A stretch of DNA of 64,000 bases, taken from positions 4,326,153 to 4,390,152 of the forward strand of contig MU055753.1 of assembly GCA_013239625.1 (NCBI GenBank), in the 5' to 3' direction. A program made the translations under genes and the position numbers. Shown piece by piece: positions 13,590 to 26,600 of this stretch; position 1 is the first letter of the stretch, and each line of letters starts with the position of its first letter. The notes beneath the pieces were generated by a model. It was not told where the DNA came from. It saw nothing but the letters and a program-made list of their open reading frames with translations, and searched no databases. The DNA is from Lama guanicoe (Eukaryota).

Positions 13590-14300
13590 GGCCAGACCTT
13601 CCTGGAACACGTCTACCGCCTCGGAGTGAGGCAGCGCCTCCTCCTCGTCCTCCTCCTCTTCTTGCGGCTCGGGCCGCGCAGACGCCTCCGCTGCCTCCAG
13701 GGCGCCTCGCCGCCCGCAGGCTCCGCCAACACCTCAACTCCGCGCGTTAGAGGAGACACAGCTACACCTCCGGGACGCTGAGGGGCGGGGCTACCTCGAG
13801 CACCAATGGGAAGTGAGTCTCTGGGAGATGGCCTGCCGCAGTGCTCACTGGGAGCGCGGAATCGGCGTGTCTATTGGTGGGCTGAGGGGCGGGGCGGCTG
13901 CCCGGACGAGTAGGAGTTCGGCGCGTCTGGCTGGCTGCGCTGAGCCGCTGCGGGAGCTGCCGGGAACACCGGGCCGGTCAGCCGAGATGCTGCTCTTTTG
14001 CCCGGGCTGCGGGAACGGGCTGATCGTAGAGGAGGGGCAGCGCTGCCACCGCTTCGCCTGCAACACCTGCCCCTACGTGCACAACATCACCCGCAAGGTG
14101 GGTCCCAGCCGGACCTCCCTGTCCGGCGCGAGGAGCGGAAGCTGACATTCTCACGGGTCTACCAGGCCCGGACCCAGGCCTTCCCCAGTCCTGTCCTGTT
14201 CTCCTGCTCCGATTTCCCTTCCTGACGCTCTCTGCCCAGCAACGCCGGCTTCTCGGAGGCTCTGCGGTCTTGCACGTGACGCTACCACCAGACCCTGTGC
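13370..14300. promoter_or_regulatory. CpG island / bidirectional promoter of SNRNP25 and POLR3K
   Basis: CpG-dense, with head-to-head ATGs at 13589 (-) and 13987 (+). CCAAT at 13803-13807, ATTGG at 13873-13877, and the GC-box repeat gctgaggggcggggc at 13777-13791 and 13881-13895. Confidence 0.88.
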
Positions 14301-16769
14301 ACGGGTTTTTGTCCGGTCCACTCTTCCCTTTGGGTACCTGTGTCTCTCGTTCGTGTTTTTATTTAAGTGATTATTTAAATTTGCAGTCTCTCCATTTTAT
14401 ACTCTTTCCCCTACTTCTACTTTTCCCGTGGGACTCTTGCCTTCCAACAGGCTTAATTGACTTACGCACTTTAATACTAGGATATAAACTGTAGGAGTGT
14501 TAGGGAACCAAACTTGGGTCTGGTCCGCTCGCCCCCGCACAGTAAAGCCAACTACTGACACTGAATTGTGGTAAGGCGCCAGACGAGGAGACTGGGTCAG
14601 CTCATGCTCTAAAAGCTAGAACTCCCTGGTGGATTTCAAGGAAGCATTTTTAAAGTCAAGGTGCTGGAGGGGAGTTGCAGAGTATGTGATCACATCCTGC
14701 ATAATTCTCTGATTGATTGATGATGAGGTAACAGAGTGGTGTCACAGGGGTGAGCATCAATCCTCAGGCCAAGGTCCTCATGGTCATCAAGTACTTAACT
14801 TTCTCTTTTTGGTGGGGATTTTAGCATCTGTAAAACAACCCAGGAAATATGCATCAGATACTGTTATTTGTTGCAACCGTTATCTAGGTACTTCGGAGAG
14901 GAGCTAAAGCAGAGGGCATGGGGGGAGGAGTCTGTCCCAGGAAGGCCCCATAGGGTTCTGCTTGGTTGCAGGAGGGCAGGAATTTTCCAATTTTCCCCCC
15001 TCTTTTGTTCTACTGTATAACTGTGTTGTGGGAGTTTAGAGCCTGAAACTGTGGAAAGAGTGAACTCTTTATGTAACCCTGAAATTTCAAGGATGTCTGG
15101 TAAATCTTGGAAAAGAAGCCAGTTGTGACCTTCTTAGAAAGCTCTCTGCCTGAGGGCAGTGGCTGGGCCACCTGGCTGAGTGCACCTGTTTGCCTTCAAT
15201 TGTATTTGGTTGTATTTGTTGAAGGAAGGAAGCGAAGTCTGGGGAGATGCTGGAGGGCGCGTAGGGCTTGGTGACCCAGGTGGATACTGTTCGCTTACTG
15301 AAGACTTGCCGTCGTTTGTTAGGTAACAAATCGGAAGTACCCAAAGCTGAAAGAAGTGGATGATGTGCTCGGTGGAGCAGCTGCTTGGGAGAATGTCGAC
15401 TCTACTGCAGGTGAGCTGTGGTTGAGTGTGAGGCGGCTGACTGTGCCATAGCAGGGTCGAGTCTGTGATATGCTTGTGTGCAGTGGGCGTTTAAAAGCAA
15501 AAAGTGTATTTGCTTTCTTCTTTAGTAGTTTATTTGTTACACAAACAATATTGGCACAAGTTTTGGAGTTACTCAGGCCTAATCTAGAGTCTCAGAGTGA
15601 TCTCTCATTATATGGCCTTAACCTTTCTGGGGCAAATCCATAGTCATAGATTGTGAGATCATGAAGTGAGTGTTTGGCATATAATAGGCATTCAACAGGT
15701 GGCAGCTGTGATGAGAGCCACAAAGACTGGAGTAATAAGAAATCAGAATCTAAGGGCAAAATACTGTCTTTTTTGTTCTAATGTAGATTTTTAAAAGTTA
15801 ATAGTAGAGAGCATTAAACTGCATAAATATCCAGTAAAATAAGTATTTATTTTTAGTCCTGATTCATTTTTGATATAGATAGATGTGACCAAGGAAGGAA
15901 AGAGGCATGACCTGCACTGAGAGGTGGGAGAGCTCACGTAGGATTCGTGCTGTCTTTTCACCCCAAGAGAAGAACATCCGGGCCTGCTTTGTTAAAAATT
16001 TAGTATTGGCAGGATTTATCAGTAGAAGATGAATTACATACCAAATGTCCAACTGGTGCTTGATAGTGTTTGAAGACATTTCCATCAAGAGCAAGGTTCT
16101 CAGACTGAAATCACAGTGAAAGTAAATATGTGCCTTGGAACACTTTGAAAAAATGTGGGATGTGTGGTTAGATCTTGATGAGACTAGCCCAGGGAACTTC
16201 TCCCAAAACGGATCCCTCAATTTATGGGCAAGTAGGTTGGTCGTACGCTGGGCGCTCCTTTGGGAAGGTAAGAGAGCTTGTGCACTTTTTAGGGGAGTCG
16301 GCAGGGTGTGGACCCTGTAATGCACACAGCAGCCATGTCACCTCTTATGTTACGTTTCCAACCAGTCTTCAGTCAGATTTGAGGAAAAGGGACCCAGAGA
16401 GAGGAGGAGGCGTGTTTTCAGGATCCCAGGTCTCCTCCTTTCTCAGTGAGAGCATAGCAGGAATGATGCCTTAAATCGTGGTAGAAGGTACCCTGGGTGA
16501 GGGATACCCAGTGAGCTGATGAGGATGGGGGATATCTTTGCTACCTTTGGCATAGCACCTACTTCTAATAAGTGTATTGGTCATGAGCATCATTTTTAAA
16601 AAAATAAATGTGGGTCACTTGTCTGTTTTTCTCATTGCCAGAGCCCTGTCCCAAATGTGAACATCCTCGTGCCTATTTCATGCAGCTTCAGACCCGCTCT
16701 GCAGACGAACCAATGACCACCTTCTACAAGTGCTGCAACACGCAGTGTGGACACCGCTGGAGAGACTAG
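13987..16769 (+). CDS. POLR3K: RNA polymerase III subunit RPC10 (C11), 108 aa
   Basis: Exons 13987-14097 ([37 protein letters not shown]), 15323-15410 ([29 protein letters not shown]), 16642-16769 ([42 protein letters not shown]). Two zinc ribbons and the TFIIS-like SADEP motif; 327 nt. Confidence 0.97.
14498..14970 (-). mobile_element. Solo LTR (ERV1-type) in POLR3K intron 1
   Basis: TG...CA termini, 4-bp target-site duplication GGAG (14494-14497 and 14971-14974), 473 bp, with CAAT-like and TATA-like signals on the minus strand. Confidence 0.8.
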
Positions 16770-17078
16770 GGCTAGGCTGGCCCAGCTGCGTCAGCATCTG
16801 CTTACCCGCTTCCCCAGGGTAGATTCCCAGCTGCTAGTGTGAACCGTGTGTCCTGAGGGTCTTTGCTGGGCTGGCTGGCCAGGGGGTCGGGAAATGGAGC
16901 CCATCTGCTAGTCAGTGGATTAACTCACTGATGTCCAGGGAGACTTTGTGTGTGGGGCGGTGTACCCATAACTGAGTGCCTCTGTTCAAGGTCCTGCTCA
17001 CCTTTTACATTTATCAGGCCATTGACATCCTCTCACCATGAACCAACACTCTTCAATACTTATATGGTTTGCACAACT

Positions 17079-17084
17079 AATAAA
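17079..17084 (+). terminator. POLR3K polyadenylation signal
   Basis: AATAAA about 310 nt after the stop codon. Confidence 0.65.
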
Positions 17085-18781
17085 GTAAAACATCAGTTTA
17101 GTACATTAGCTGTCCCTGAGTATTTACTGTCAATTGCAAACTTACTTAATCAAAAATTACTGTGAATATTTAATTAAACTGAAAAGTCTGACATCACCTT
17201 CTCCGTGTTTTAAATGCCTTAGGAAGACATCAAACCCCAGGCACAGTTCTAAAATTTAACTGTTTAGGGCCAAGCTGGTTACAGAATTGCTAATACCATG
17301 GGTTTCAATGTCTTTTATTATTTTTATTCTTGTTTCCTAGGATTGCAATACATTTATTAGATAGTATGTTTTTTATACTTTCTGTGGCCTTTCCACTCTC
17401 AAGAGAAAAAGGACACCTTAGACTAGCTGAGGGCAGTCTCGGTTAGCGATGATTTGTTTTCTTGTTCAGGGCCTCAGACTTAATTGCTTTTACAAATCTC
17501 TTAATAATGAAGTCTCACTTTTGAAATAATGGGACTTAAATTTATGCTTTTGATACAGACTTTTACTTTTTCGTACTTTGTCTCTTTCCAAGAAATGATT
17601 AATCTTTCTTTATGTTTCACATGATCATTTTCTTATTGTTACAACATGTTGACCAGGTCCTGAGCCCATTATCTCTGACTGGTTCTATTTCAAAACAGTT
17701 TGTTTTACAAATGTGATTTTGTCACGTGGGTGTTATCTTTAGTGTCTTCTTCTAATGCCATTCGTTGTATTTCATATGTTGTTGGAGGCGGCGTGGATCA
17801 GTGGTGAAGACTATGCCTTCTGAAGTTAGCCTGCCTGCCTGTCGAGCTGCTGAACCTTTTCCATCTCCTCCTGTATAAAATGGAGATAGTGATAGTCCAT
17901 TTCAGGGATTTATAACTTTTTCTGTACAGAGCCAGATAGTATGGATTTTAGGTTGTGTGGAAAAAGAATCAGAATCTTGGCAAACACAAGAAATAAACTT
18001 CTACAGTTTCTTCACAGGCAAAGTTCAAAAGGTAATCATAATTTGTAATGTGAGTCTATTGATGAAAAGAATGGGCACCATTTGCTTAACTGAGGTTCAC
18101 AGTTAATGTTCCTGTCACTAGAACTGTTTGCAAACGTGGGTCTCTTCATCCTGGTTCAGGGCCCGAGAGCAGATGAGGTTCACTGCCGACATTGCTGATG
18201 GATTCAGTAGATGCAGCATGGTAAGAGATGCGGTATTTTTCTCAGAGTATTTGTGGATGAATAATACAGTAGAAAATCAAGCTTGATGAAGCCCATTGTC
18301 TTTACAAGTTTGTTAATGAGTCACGGAAGCCTCTTCACGCCCCACGTGTACCTCACTGCCCATGATTGTAGGGCATATTAGTGGACTCCACTTCCAGTTC
18401 TGCCAAGTTAAATTTTCTTGCTTGAGTTGCTGGTCGTTCCTCTCAGATTGTGCGGAGGCTCAGCCTTCAGTCACTTCCCAGCTCAGTGGTTACGGTGACA
18501 TCTGGATCCAGCAAGAGCCAAGGAAAATCACTTCAAGTCTTTTGCCTCATTTTCAGTTGACTGTCGATGTTGCTCGCAGTGTCCTTAACTTTTAGAACAG
18601 CTGTTGTCGCCCAAATGCCCATAGTCTTAAATTTATTTTTTCTGGACAGACTTCTTCAGCTGCTGCAATCAAACACAATTAAATCACCTTCAGTAAGTGG
18701 CTTTCCTCGCTTGGTTAGCAGTGAGTTGCTTGGAAATTTAAGTTGGTTGCCTTGTTTTCATTTTTAATATCTGTGAAGACA

Positions 18782-20414
18782 TTTTTTTTACTTATTGAAA
18801 TATAGTTAGTTTACAATGTTGTGTCAGTTTCTGGTATAGAGCATAATGTTTCAGTCATACACGTACAAGTGTATATTTGTTTTCACATTCTTTTTCATTA
18901 TAGGTTACTACAAGGTACCGAATATAGTTCCCTATGCTATATAGTATAAACTTGTTGTTTATCAATTTTATATATAGTAGTTAGTATCTGCAAATCTCAA
19001 ACTCCCAATTTATCCCTTCCCCTCTTTTCCTCCCAGAAACCATAAATTTGTTTTCTGTATCTTGAGTCTGTTTCTGTTTTGTAAATAAGTTCATTTGTGT
19101 CATTTTTTAAGATTCCACATGTGAGCAGTATCATATGGTATTTTTCTTTCTCTTTCTGGCTTACTTCACGTAGCATGACAATCTTCAGGTCCATTTGTGT
19201 TGCAGCAAATGGCATTATTTTATTTTTTATGGCTAAGTAGTATTTCATTGTGTATATATATACCACATCTTCTTTATCCAGTGATCTGTCGATGGATATT
19301 TAGGTTGTTTCAATGTCTTGTCTGTTGTAAATAGTGCTACTGTAAACATTGGGGTGCATGTGTCTTCTTTTTTTGGGGGGGCAGGTAATTAGTTTTATTT
19401 ATTTATATTAATTTGTTTTTTAACAGAGGTACTGGAGATTGTACCCAGGACCTCATGCATGCAATGCATGCACTCTACTGCTGAGCTATACTCCCTCCTC
19501 CATGTGTCTTTTCGAATTTGAGTTCCCTCTGNNNNNNNNNNNNNNNNNNNNNNNNNNNNNNNNNNNNNNNNNNNNNNNNNNNNNNNNNNNNNNNNNNNNN
19601 NNNNNNNNNNNNNNNNNNNNNNNNNNNNNNNNNNNNNNNNNNNNNNNNNNNNNNNNNNNNNNNNNNNNNNNNNNNNTCTCCAGCATTTACCATTTATGGA
19701 CTTTTTAATAATGGCCATGCTGACTGGTGTGAGGTGATACCTCACTGTAGTTTTGATTTGCATTTCTCTGATAATTAACAATATTCAGCATTTTTTTGTG
19801 TGCCTATTAGCTTTGTATGTCTTCATTGGAGAATTGCTTATTTAAGCTCTTCTGCCCATTTTTGGATTGGGTTTTTTTTTTTGTTATTAAGTTGTATGAG
19901 CTGTTGCATATTCTGGAGATTAAACCCTTATCAGTTGCATCATTTGGAAATATTTTTTCCCATGTTGTAGGTTGTCTTTTTGTTTTATTTATAGTGTCCT
20001 TTGCTGTGCCAAAGCTTATATGTTTAACTAGGTCCCATTTGTTTAATTTTATTTCCATTGCCTGGGTAGACTGACCTAGATCATTGCTACCGTTTATGTC
20101 AGAAAATGTTTTGCCTATGTTTTCTTCCAGGAGATTTATGGCGTCCTGTCTTATGTTTAAGTCATTAAGCCATTTTGAGTTTATTTTTGTGTATGGTGTG
20201 AGAGAGTGTTCTAACTTCATTGATTTACATGCAGCTGTCCAGCTTTCCCGGCACCACTTGTCAAAGAGACTGTCTTTTCTCCATTGTATAGTCTTGCCTC
20301 CTTTGTTGAAGACTGATTGATTGTAGGTGTGTGGGTTTATTTCTGGGCTCTCTGTTCTGTTCCACTGGTCCATATGCCAGTACCACACTGACTGATTATT
20401 GTGGTTCTGTAGTA
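18782..20414 (-). mobile_element. 5'-truncated LINE-1 (ORF2 C-terminus plus 3' UTR)
   Basis: Minus-strand ORFs give L1 ORF2 peptides ([70 protein letters not shown]); T-rich tail at ~18782. Confidence 0.9.
19367..19500 (-). mobile_element. tRNA-derived SINE (Vic-1-like, camelid) nested in L1
   Basis: Minus strand reads ggagggagtatagctcagcagtagagtgcatgc..gaggtcctgggtacaatctccagtacctc (A/B boxes) followed by an A-rich tail; TSD catgtgtctt at 19357-19366 and 19501-19510. Confidence 0.85.
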
Positions 20415-22469
20415 TAAGAAATTCTGTTTTGTATTGAGAATAGTGCCTGTGACGAGCGCTTCGTCCAGTAATGCTGACCATCTGTAGTGTCACTGTGTAA
20501 GAAACACAATCCTTTGCCATCCAGTTTGATAACAGAATAATCCACATTCCACTGTGCCTTAAAAACATGACATTCAGAGTCCACTTTTCCTGTTTTGATA
20601 TGATGGGTGTGCACTCATAGCAAAAAAAAAGAATTGTGGTGCAACTATATGGTAGTGGCCCTGGAAACGCTGTTACGATGCACCACTGGGTTGTGAGTGC
20701 AGAGCAGCAACTCAAAGCACTGTCACAACTCTGCTGTCATAGCCTGAACAAGGCTGCAACACAACGAGCAGGTGCGTGTGGCTGTGGTCCAGTGAAACTG
20801 GACACTGGGATTGGAATTCCATAATATTTTCTTGTGTCATGTTTAAACTTTTTCCCCCAACCACTAAAGATGTGTAAACTATTTTTAGCTCACTTTTTTT
20901 TTTAAGAGATGGGGTGGATTTGGCCTGTGGGCCGTAGTTTGCTAACCTCTGGTCTACCTCGGGGTTGTGAGGATTTACGTATCTTGATATGTGACACCCT
21001 TGTGATGTGTCTGGCTGACAGAGTGTTTGTTGTTGTGCCTTTCTTTCATGGTGCTGGTTTTCAACAGGTGTTTGGCGACCCTGATTGTATCGTCTTTGTG
21101 TCTGAGGTTTTCCCTCCGTCTATGGATGTTGTTTTTCTATTTATCTCCATTTATTGTGGGAGAGGGGTTGGGTATCAGGTTATCCCATCGGAACACTTTC
21201 TGGGCAAAGGGGCACTGGCCTTCCTGCATCTAAGTGTCTGCCTGACACAAGAGCAGGTTTGGGGAATGAGCTGACCTGCTTGGCTCTTCCATGTTTAGGA
21301 TTCTGATGAATCCCATTAACTGTCCAGGATTCTCCCAGTTTCCTCTCATCACCTGGGGAGGGCACTGTGCTGACTTTCACAGTACTCCTCTGTTTTTTAG
21401 ACTGTGGCTTTCTCAGTCAATCCAGTCAAATCTCAGTTGCCTCGCTTTCTGGGATTCCTTATGGTTAATGCTTCATCTTCTTTTCTGCACTATTATGAGT
21501 TTAACTTTTATTTAAGATAGTGCATTTTTCACTTACGTACTTTACTTTTGGTTCTTTTTTATAGTTTCCATTTCTCCACTGAGATTTCCTATTCATTGGG
21601 AACATATTTTCCTTGATACCTTTGAGCACAGTTAAGAGTAGCCCCTTTAAAGCCTGTGCTATTTCCAAAAACTTAGTTTTGAGAGTCAGTCTCTATCAGT
21701 TGTCGTTCCCTTTCAGTATGAGTTACATATTTCCATTTTTTCATTCATCTCATAGCTTTGGATTTATCTTGGAAATTCTGAATGATATATGTTGTAAAGG
21801 CTATGGATTTTGTTATGTTTCTCTGGAGAGTGTTGGGTTTTGTTTTTGTTTTTTTAAAGCAGGCTATAAACTCTGATGTGGGCAGCAGCTGAAATCTTGG
21901 TTCAGGTTGTTTAACCTCAGTTGGGCCGCTTGAAATTGGCCTGCATACATGTAGTTCATCCAGAGAGTTTGGTAGAGTTTGGATGTCGATTTGGGGACTC
22001 CCGTCGCTGGCTTTTTTCTTTCCGTGATTTTCTTCCTTTGAGGCCTTTGTGGTTTCTCCTTGTATGGTCATGGTGTGGGTGGTGTGGTCCGCTGGTTCCA
22101 GCTTCAGCAAGGTGGGGAGAGCCTGACAGAGAGAAGGAAGCTCTCTTGATAAGGATACTAGAGAAGGGATGGCTGCAGTAAGTATAAAATTATGTGCTTG
22201 TAATAGGTCAGATAGGGACCAGGCTGATTGAAATTTAAATGTAGAAAGAAGTATGATTATGTCCCTGGTTATTCCCATTGTTTTATGGGCTTGAGCCTTT
22301 GATTCATCTCTCTGTGGGTCCTGGTGTTCTCAGACTCCAGAGAGCTGCAGCTCTGGGATATCCAGACCTGGCCCGAGATGTTTTGATGCATAGAATACAC
22401 ACGTGCACAGGCACATATAAACACAGGCACAGAGCCACACTGAAGTGTGACCTTATTTGGTGCCCCCAA

Positions 22470-22850
22470 GAACAAACAGCCAATAAGTACATGAAAAGAT
22501 GCTTATCTTCGCTAATAATCAAGGAAGTGCAAATTAAGGCCACACTGAAATATCTCTGCCTATCAGATTGGCAAAGATTTAAAAGACTGATAATGTACAC
22601 AGTTGGTGAGGGCTGCAGGCATGCTCACACATCTGCCAGGAGTAGAAGTTGGTACATTTTTGGAGGGCTACTTGGCAGTATCTGTCAGTATTTTACAATG
22701 GTAAGCCCTAAACCCCACAAGTCCACCCCTGGCAGTTTTTTGTACAGTACTCACGTTGGTGATTAAAGAGCCATGCCTTCATTAAAAATAGCATAGATGC
22801 ACCTAAGATGAATATAATGTTTAGGTCAGTTATATCTCAAAAAAATTTAA
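22470..22850 (+). mobile_element. Old LINE-1 3' fragment
   Basis: Translation ANKYMKRCLSSLIIKEVQIKATLKY is typical of the L1 ORF2 C-terminus. Confidence 0.65.
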
Positions 22851-23692
22851 ACAGTATCTGTAGGCAACAATCCAAATGTACATCAGTAAGATTATTAAAT
22901 TATATTATTATTAAGTCCTATATCAGTAGGATTATTAAAGTGGCGTGTACTACCAGTAAAGGCGTGAAGTAGGTTTCTATGCGCTGCCCTCGAACAATTT
23001 TGAAAGTAGCCGAAGGAACAAGGAGGCTGCAAAGCTCACAGCAAGGTATGAGGCCGTCAAAAGTGTGCATGTGTTGAGCTCAGACCTTGTCTGGAGGGAC
23101 TTGCTTCCTACAGGGGCTACCTCTGTGGTGAGATCAAAGGGGACTCCCATTTTTTATTTCCTTTTGTATTGTTTGTTTGCCTTTAACTGAGACTGCATAA
23201 CTTTTATGTTTAACACCCTCTCCATCCCAGTGCTCACCGACGGCCTCAGCTGGCGGCAAGGGAGCCTACGCCTCTCGGAAAAGCCTAGAAGGTGAGACCT
23301 GCCACTCTGCTCCTGGGCAAGGTCCTCACCTCCTGGGGCTAGTTTCATGCATCTCAGAGGTGTTTCTTGAGAGGAACACAGTGGACACTCATCCGCCTAT
23401 CAGTGGGCGAATCACCAAAGTCCATGTTTGGCGACCTTCAGTTCATGGGGAATGAAACGTGGGGTTTCTGATCAGTGCTGACAGTCGCCTGGCCTCACTT
23501 GGGATGGCCGCTCTGCTCTGCGCTAGTGGTTTCAGACGTGGGCGGCCTGTGTCAGCCTGCCGTGCGAGGCTCACGTCACCGGTGGTGCAGTTATCTCCTG
23601 AATCAGGCTGAAGGACTTCACTGCAAACTCAGGGGTGGCAGGGTGACGAGTCACATCCAGGTCTAGAGGGTCGGGGGCCAATCAGACTTGCT

Positions 23693-26600
23693 ATGGGACC
23701 TAGCAGGTGCGTCTGGGAAGGTGAGTCTGTAATCTGGACTTAACCACTCAAGTCAGGGTGAACGTTGGGAGACAGAGGGGTGGGTAGCCTGCCATCCCTG
23801 GGCCCCTGGAAGAGCCTGTGGGTGACATGGTACTCGCAGTCCCCTCTAGTTTTACTTCCTCTGGTGTCCTGGCCTTGGGCATAGCCCCGGAGGCAACAGG
23901 TTTGCAACGCTGATTGTGTCATTTCCAGGCCTGTCGGGGTCGGGAGTGCCTCCGGGAAGGCTGAGGGGCCCTGAGTTTGTCAGGCAGTTTCTAATGCTAA
24001 CCTCTACTGGGACCAGGGTGAGCGCGCGTTTCGGGGCCGGGTGGGCTGAGCTGTGACAGTGTACTGGCCTAGGGTTGCTAAGCCCCTCCTATCCCCTATG
24101 CCTTTGTGGGGGCTTTAGGGCAGAAGAGGAGCCACGAGTCTGTGGATCCCCCTTTGGAGCTGTGGGCAGGGCAACAGGTGAGGGTAGGATTCCAGGAGGG
24201 TCAACTCAGCCAAGCAGAGGGAGGAGAGGAGAGGGTTCGGGCTCAAATAATGTTTCAGAGCCCTCTCCAGAGAAGGCATTAACGCCGTCTCAAAGTGATG
24301 GCAGGTCTGTGGGCAGGCTCGGGATGGGGTGCTGGATGCAGGGGACGTAACATAGACCAGACAAGTTCTTGCCCTGGAGGAGCCTGATGCAGGAGATGGC
24401 ACAGCACTGAGTTTCCCTGCCAGGGCTGCTTAGGGCAGGGAAGGCTGCCAGGGAGAGTGGCTGGCAGAGGAGGCCACTCGGCAGGTGTGGGAGCAGGGGC
24501 ATCATTTCCCTCCGCTTAACCCCCAGGCTGCCTAGGAGAGCAGTGTCAGTGTCCTGACTCCAGCCCTTGCCCGACGCCACTATCCGTGTCCTGGCTCCTG
24601 TCAGCTGGCTGGGCCTGGCTCAGGGGTGTCCAGACAGACTGGGGGACTCAGGGGGTCTTCATGAAGGTGCATGATGCAGAAGGCAACTGGGCAGAGGGGA
24701 CAGTGTGAGACCTCACCCTGAGGCCCCCTGTCCCCCTCTGTGCTCCTCTGACATCTGTCCTTAGCCCTCTTTCTCCCTCTGCCCTGGGCCCCTGTCCATC
24801 TCTGCCCTTGTCCTGAGGCCCCCTGGGGTTTGGCCCTTTCTTCTCCCCTCAGTCTAGCCTGGCGTCCTGCAGATGCAGGTGCCCCTCCTGCTCAGTGCTC
24901 CCAGGACGCAGATGAAAGTGCTCCTTGGTGCTGCCTCTCTCTTCTGCTCTCTCTGTACCTTATCTGCACTCACCCTCCACTGGCCTTCCGGCCTTGACCT
25001 CTCCTGCTCCCTGCCCCACCCCTGGTCTGCACCACCTGGGAAGCGCTTTCTGCCCACAGGGCCAGGGGTTGCCCATGGGCGCCTGAGTGGTCCACTGTGG
25101 GAGGTGGCACCTGCTCCCACTTCCAACCTTGTTTCTTGGCACAGTCCCCATCTCCCCCAGGTTCCAGCTGCTTCTGGGGAACCAGGGTCTGAATTTCTTC
25201 CTCCTCCCCCAGCAGAGAGGGTAGTGCTCGATGAGTGTCTATTTAAATAGCAGCCTCTTTGCTGTCCACCTCTGTTGGGTGGGTAGGGAGAATAGCGGGG
25301 GTACCACTCCCTTACCTTTACAAACTATAAAGTAGACTCTGTGTGGAGGGGCACAGAGAGTGGATGCAGTAATCGGCATGAGGCCGATTCGGAGGCTCTG
25401 CTGTAGTGCGCAGGGAGCCCGGGACAGAGGCCTGCTCGGGCCAGGTGCTATGCCTGGCAGCAGGTATGAGCGCGGAGGGGTGGGGGGTGAGGGGCTAAGT
25501 CTGTCTGGAGACCTCACCCTGGGTCCGGCAGTGTCTGTGGGTCCCAAGGCAGGGGTCAGGCTACAAGGCAGCCCATGACTTTATGGTGGGCCAGGAAAGC
25601 TATGAGGCCCAGTGGTCACCTGGGCCAGACCTTGACCCAGAGGCTAGGGAGGAGATGTGGTTGTGAGAAGGGACCAGAGTGGCAATGTGCTGAAGGCCTC
25701 ATCCTCAGGCCTGGTGGGAAAGGAACGGTGCTGTGTGGGGATGTCAGCCGCACTCCCCAGCAGAACTGGAGGTGTGAGGGGGCGGTTCTGACCTGGGGGC
25801 CAGAGGCTGGGTCCCGTCCTCCTGCTTGCACAGCCATCCTGTGATCTGGTCGTGTCTGAGCTGTGATGAGGGCTCCCTGTGACATCTGAGTGCCTCTGCC
25901 AGAACCAGGGGGTGTGCAGCTGGGGCTGTCTGCTCCACCTGGCCCCGTGTCTGTTGTCCAGGGTGAGTTGGTCTTGCCTCAGTAACGTCCCTCCTCCTTC
26001 TCGCGGAGCCCTGAGGAGAGAGACCAATGCCCTGGGGAGGGGGTTGCTCACAGGCTTATGTGGGAGTTGGTGGGATGTGTGCCCAGAACAGAGGTGACAG
26101 CTGCCAATTATGCCAAGTCTCTGGTCTCTCTGAGCCTCGGCTTCCTCATCTGCAGGAGAGTGGGGGCCCCTCCCTGCCCTGCTCGCTAGGTTGAGATGGA
26201 AGTGTTCTCTGCAGAGGAAGAGCAGGGACCAACACCATAGATGGCCATGTTGCCACATAGCCCTGCCCATGTGTGGGTCTGGGCCTGTTCCTCCATACCT
26301 CTGAGGTGTCCTGTGTGGGTCCTGTCCTCCCCACGCCTGCTCCTGGGGCCACCCTACTCCACGCTCTTGAGCCATCTGCCTATGTGTCGAGTCAGCCTCT
26401 GTCTGTGCTGGCCCCGTTCTGCACAGAGGCAGGGTCCCTCCAGCACTGGGGCAGTGACCATCCACTGTGCCGCCTGGGTCCGCTCTTAGCCGGGAAGTGG
26501 CTGCTGCGTCCGAGCTTCCCCCAGATCCTGGTACCCTCTCTAATGCTGCCCTCACACCCCCGGAGTGAGCTGTTACCAGGCTGCCCTTCTCCATCCAGTA

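Larger units (their letters stand above)
17903..20951 (-). mobile_element. Cheshire/MER58-family hAT-Charlie DNA transposon fossil with decayed transposase, split by an L1
   Basis: MER58-like ends (caggga..actttttctgta..gccagatagt at 17903; ggatttggcctgtgggccgtagtttgctaacctctg ending 20951). Minus-strand remnants KVDSECHVFKAQWNVDYSVIKLDGKGLC (~20600-20500) and, across a frameshift, LLTKRGKPLTEGDLI / CLIAAAEEVCPEKINL (~18725-18625) resemble the N-terminus of Charlie/GTF2IRD2-type transposases. Confidence 0.75.

Noticed and set aside
19420-19500. tRNA gene
   Set aside because: The A/B boxes belong to a SINE with an A-rich tail and TSD; there is no full cloverleaf.
19807-20715. 302-aa minus-strand ORF
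   Set aside because: Chance read-through from out-of-frame hAT sequence into a decayed L1 ORF2 fragment; not a gene.
25644-26594. 316-aa minus-strand ORF in IL9R intron 1
   Set aside because: GC-rich low-complexity translation with no recognisable domain or splice context; expected by chance.
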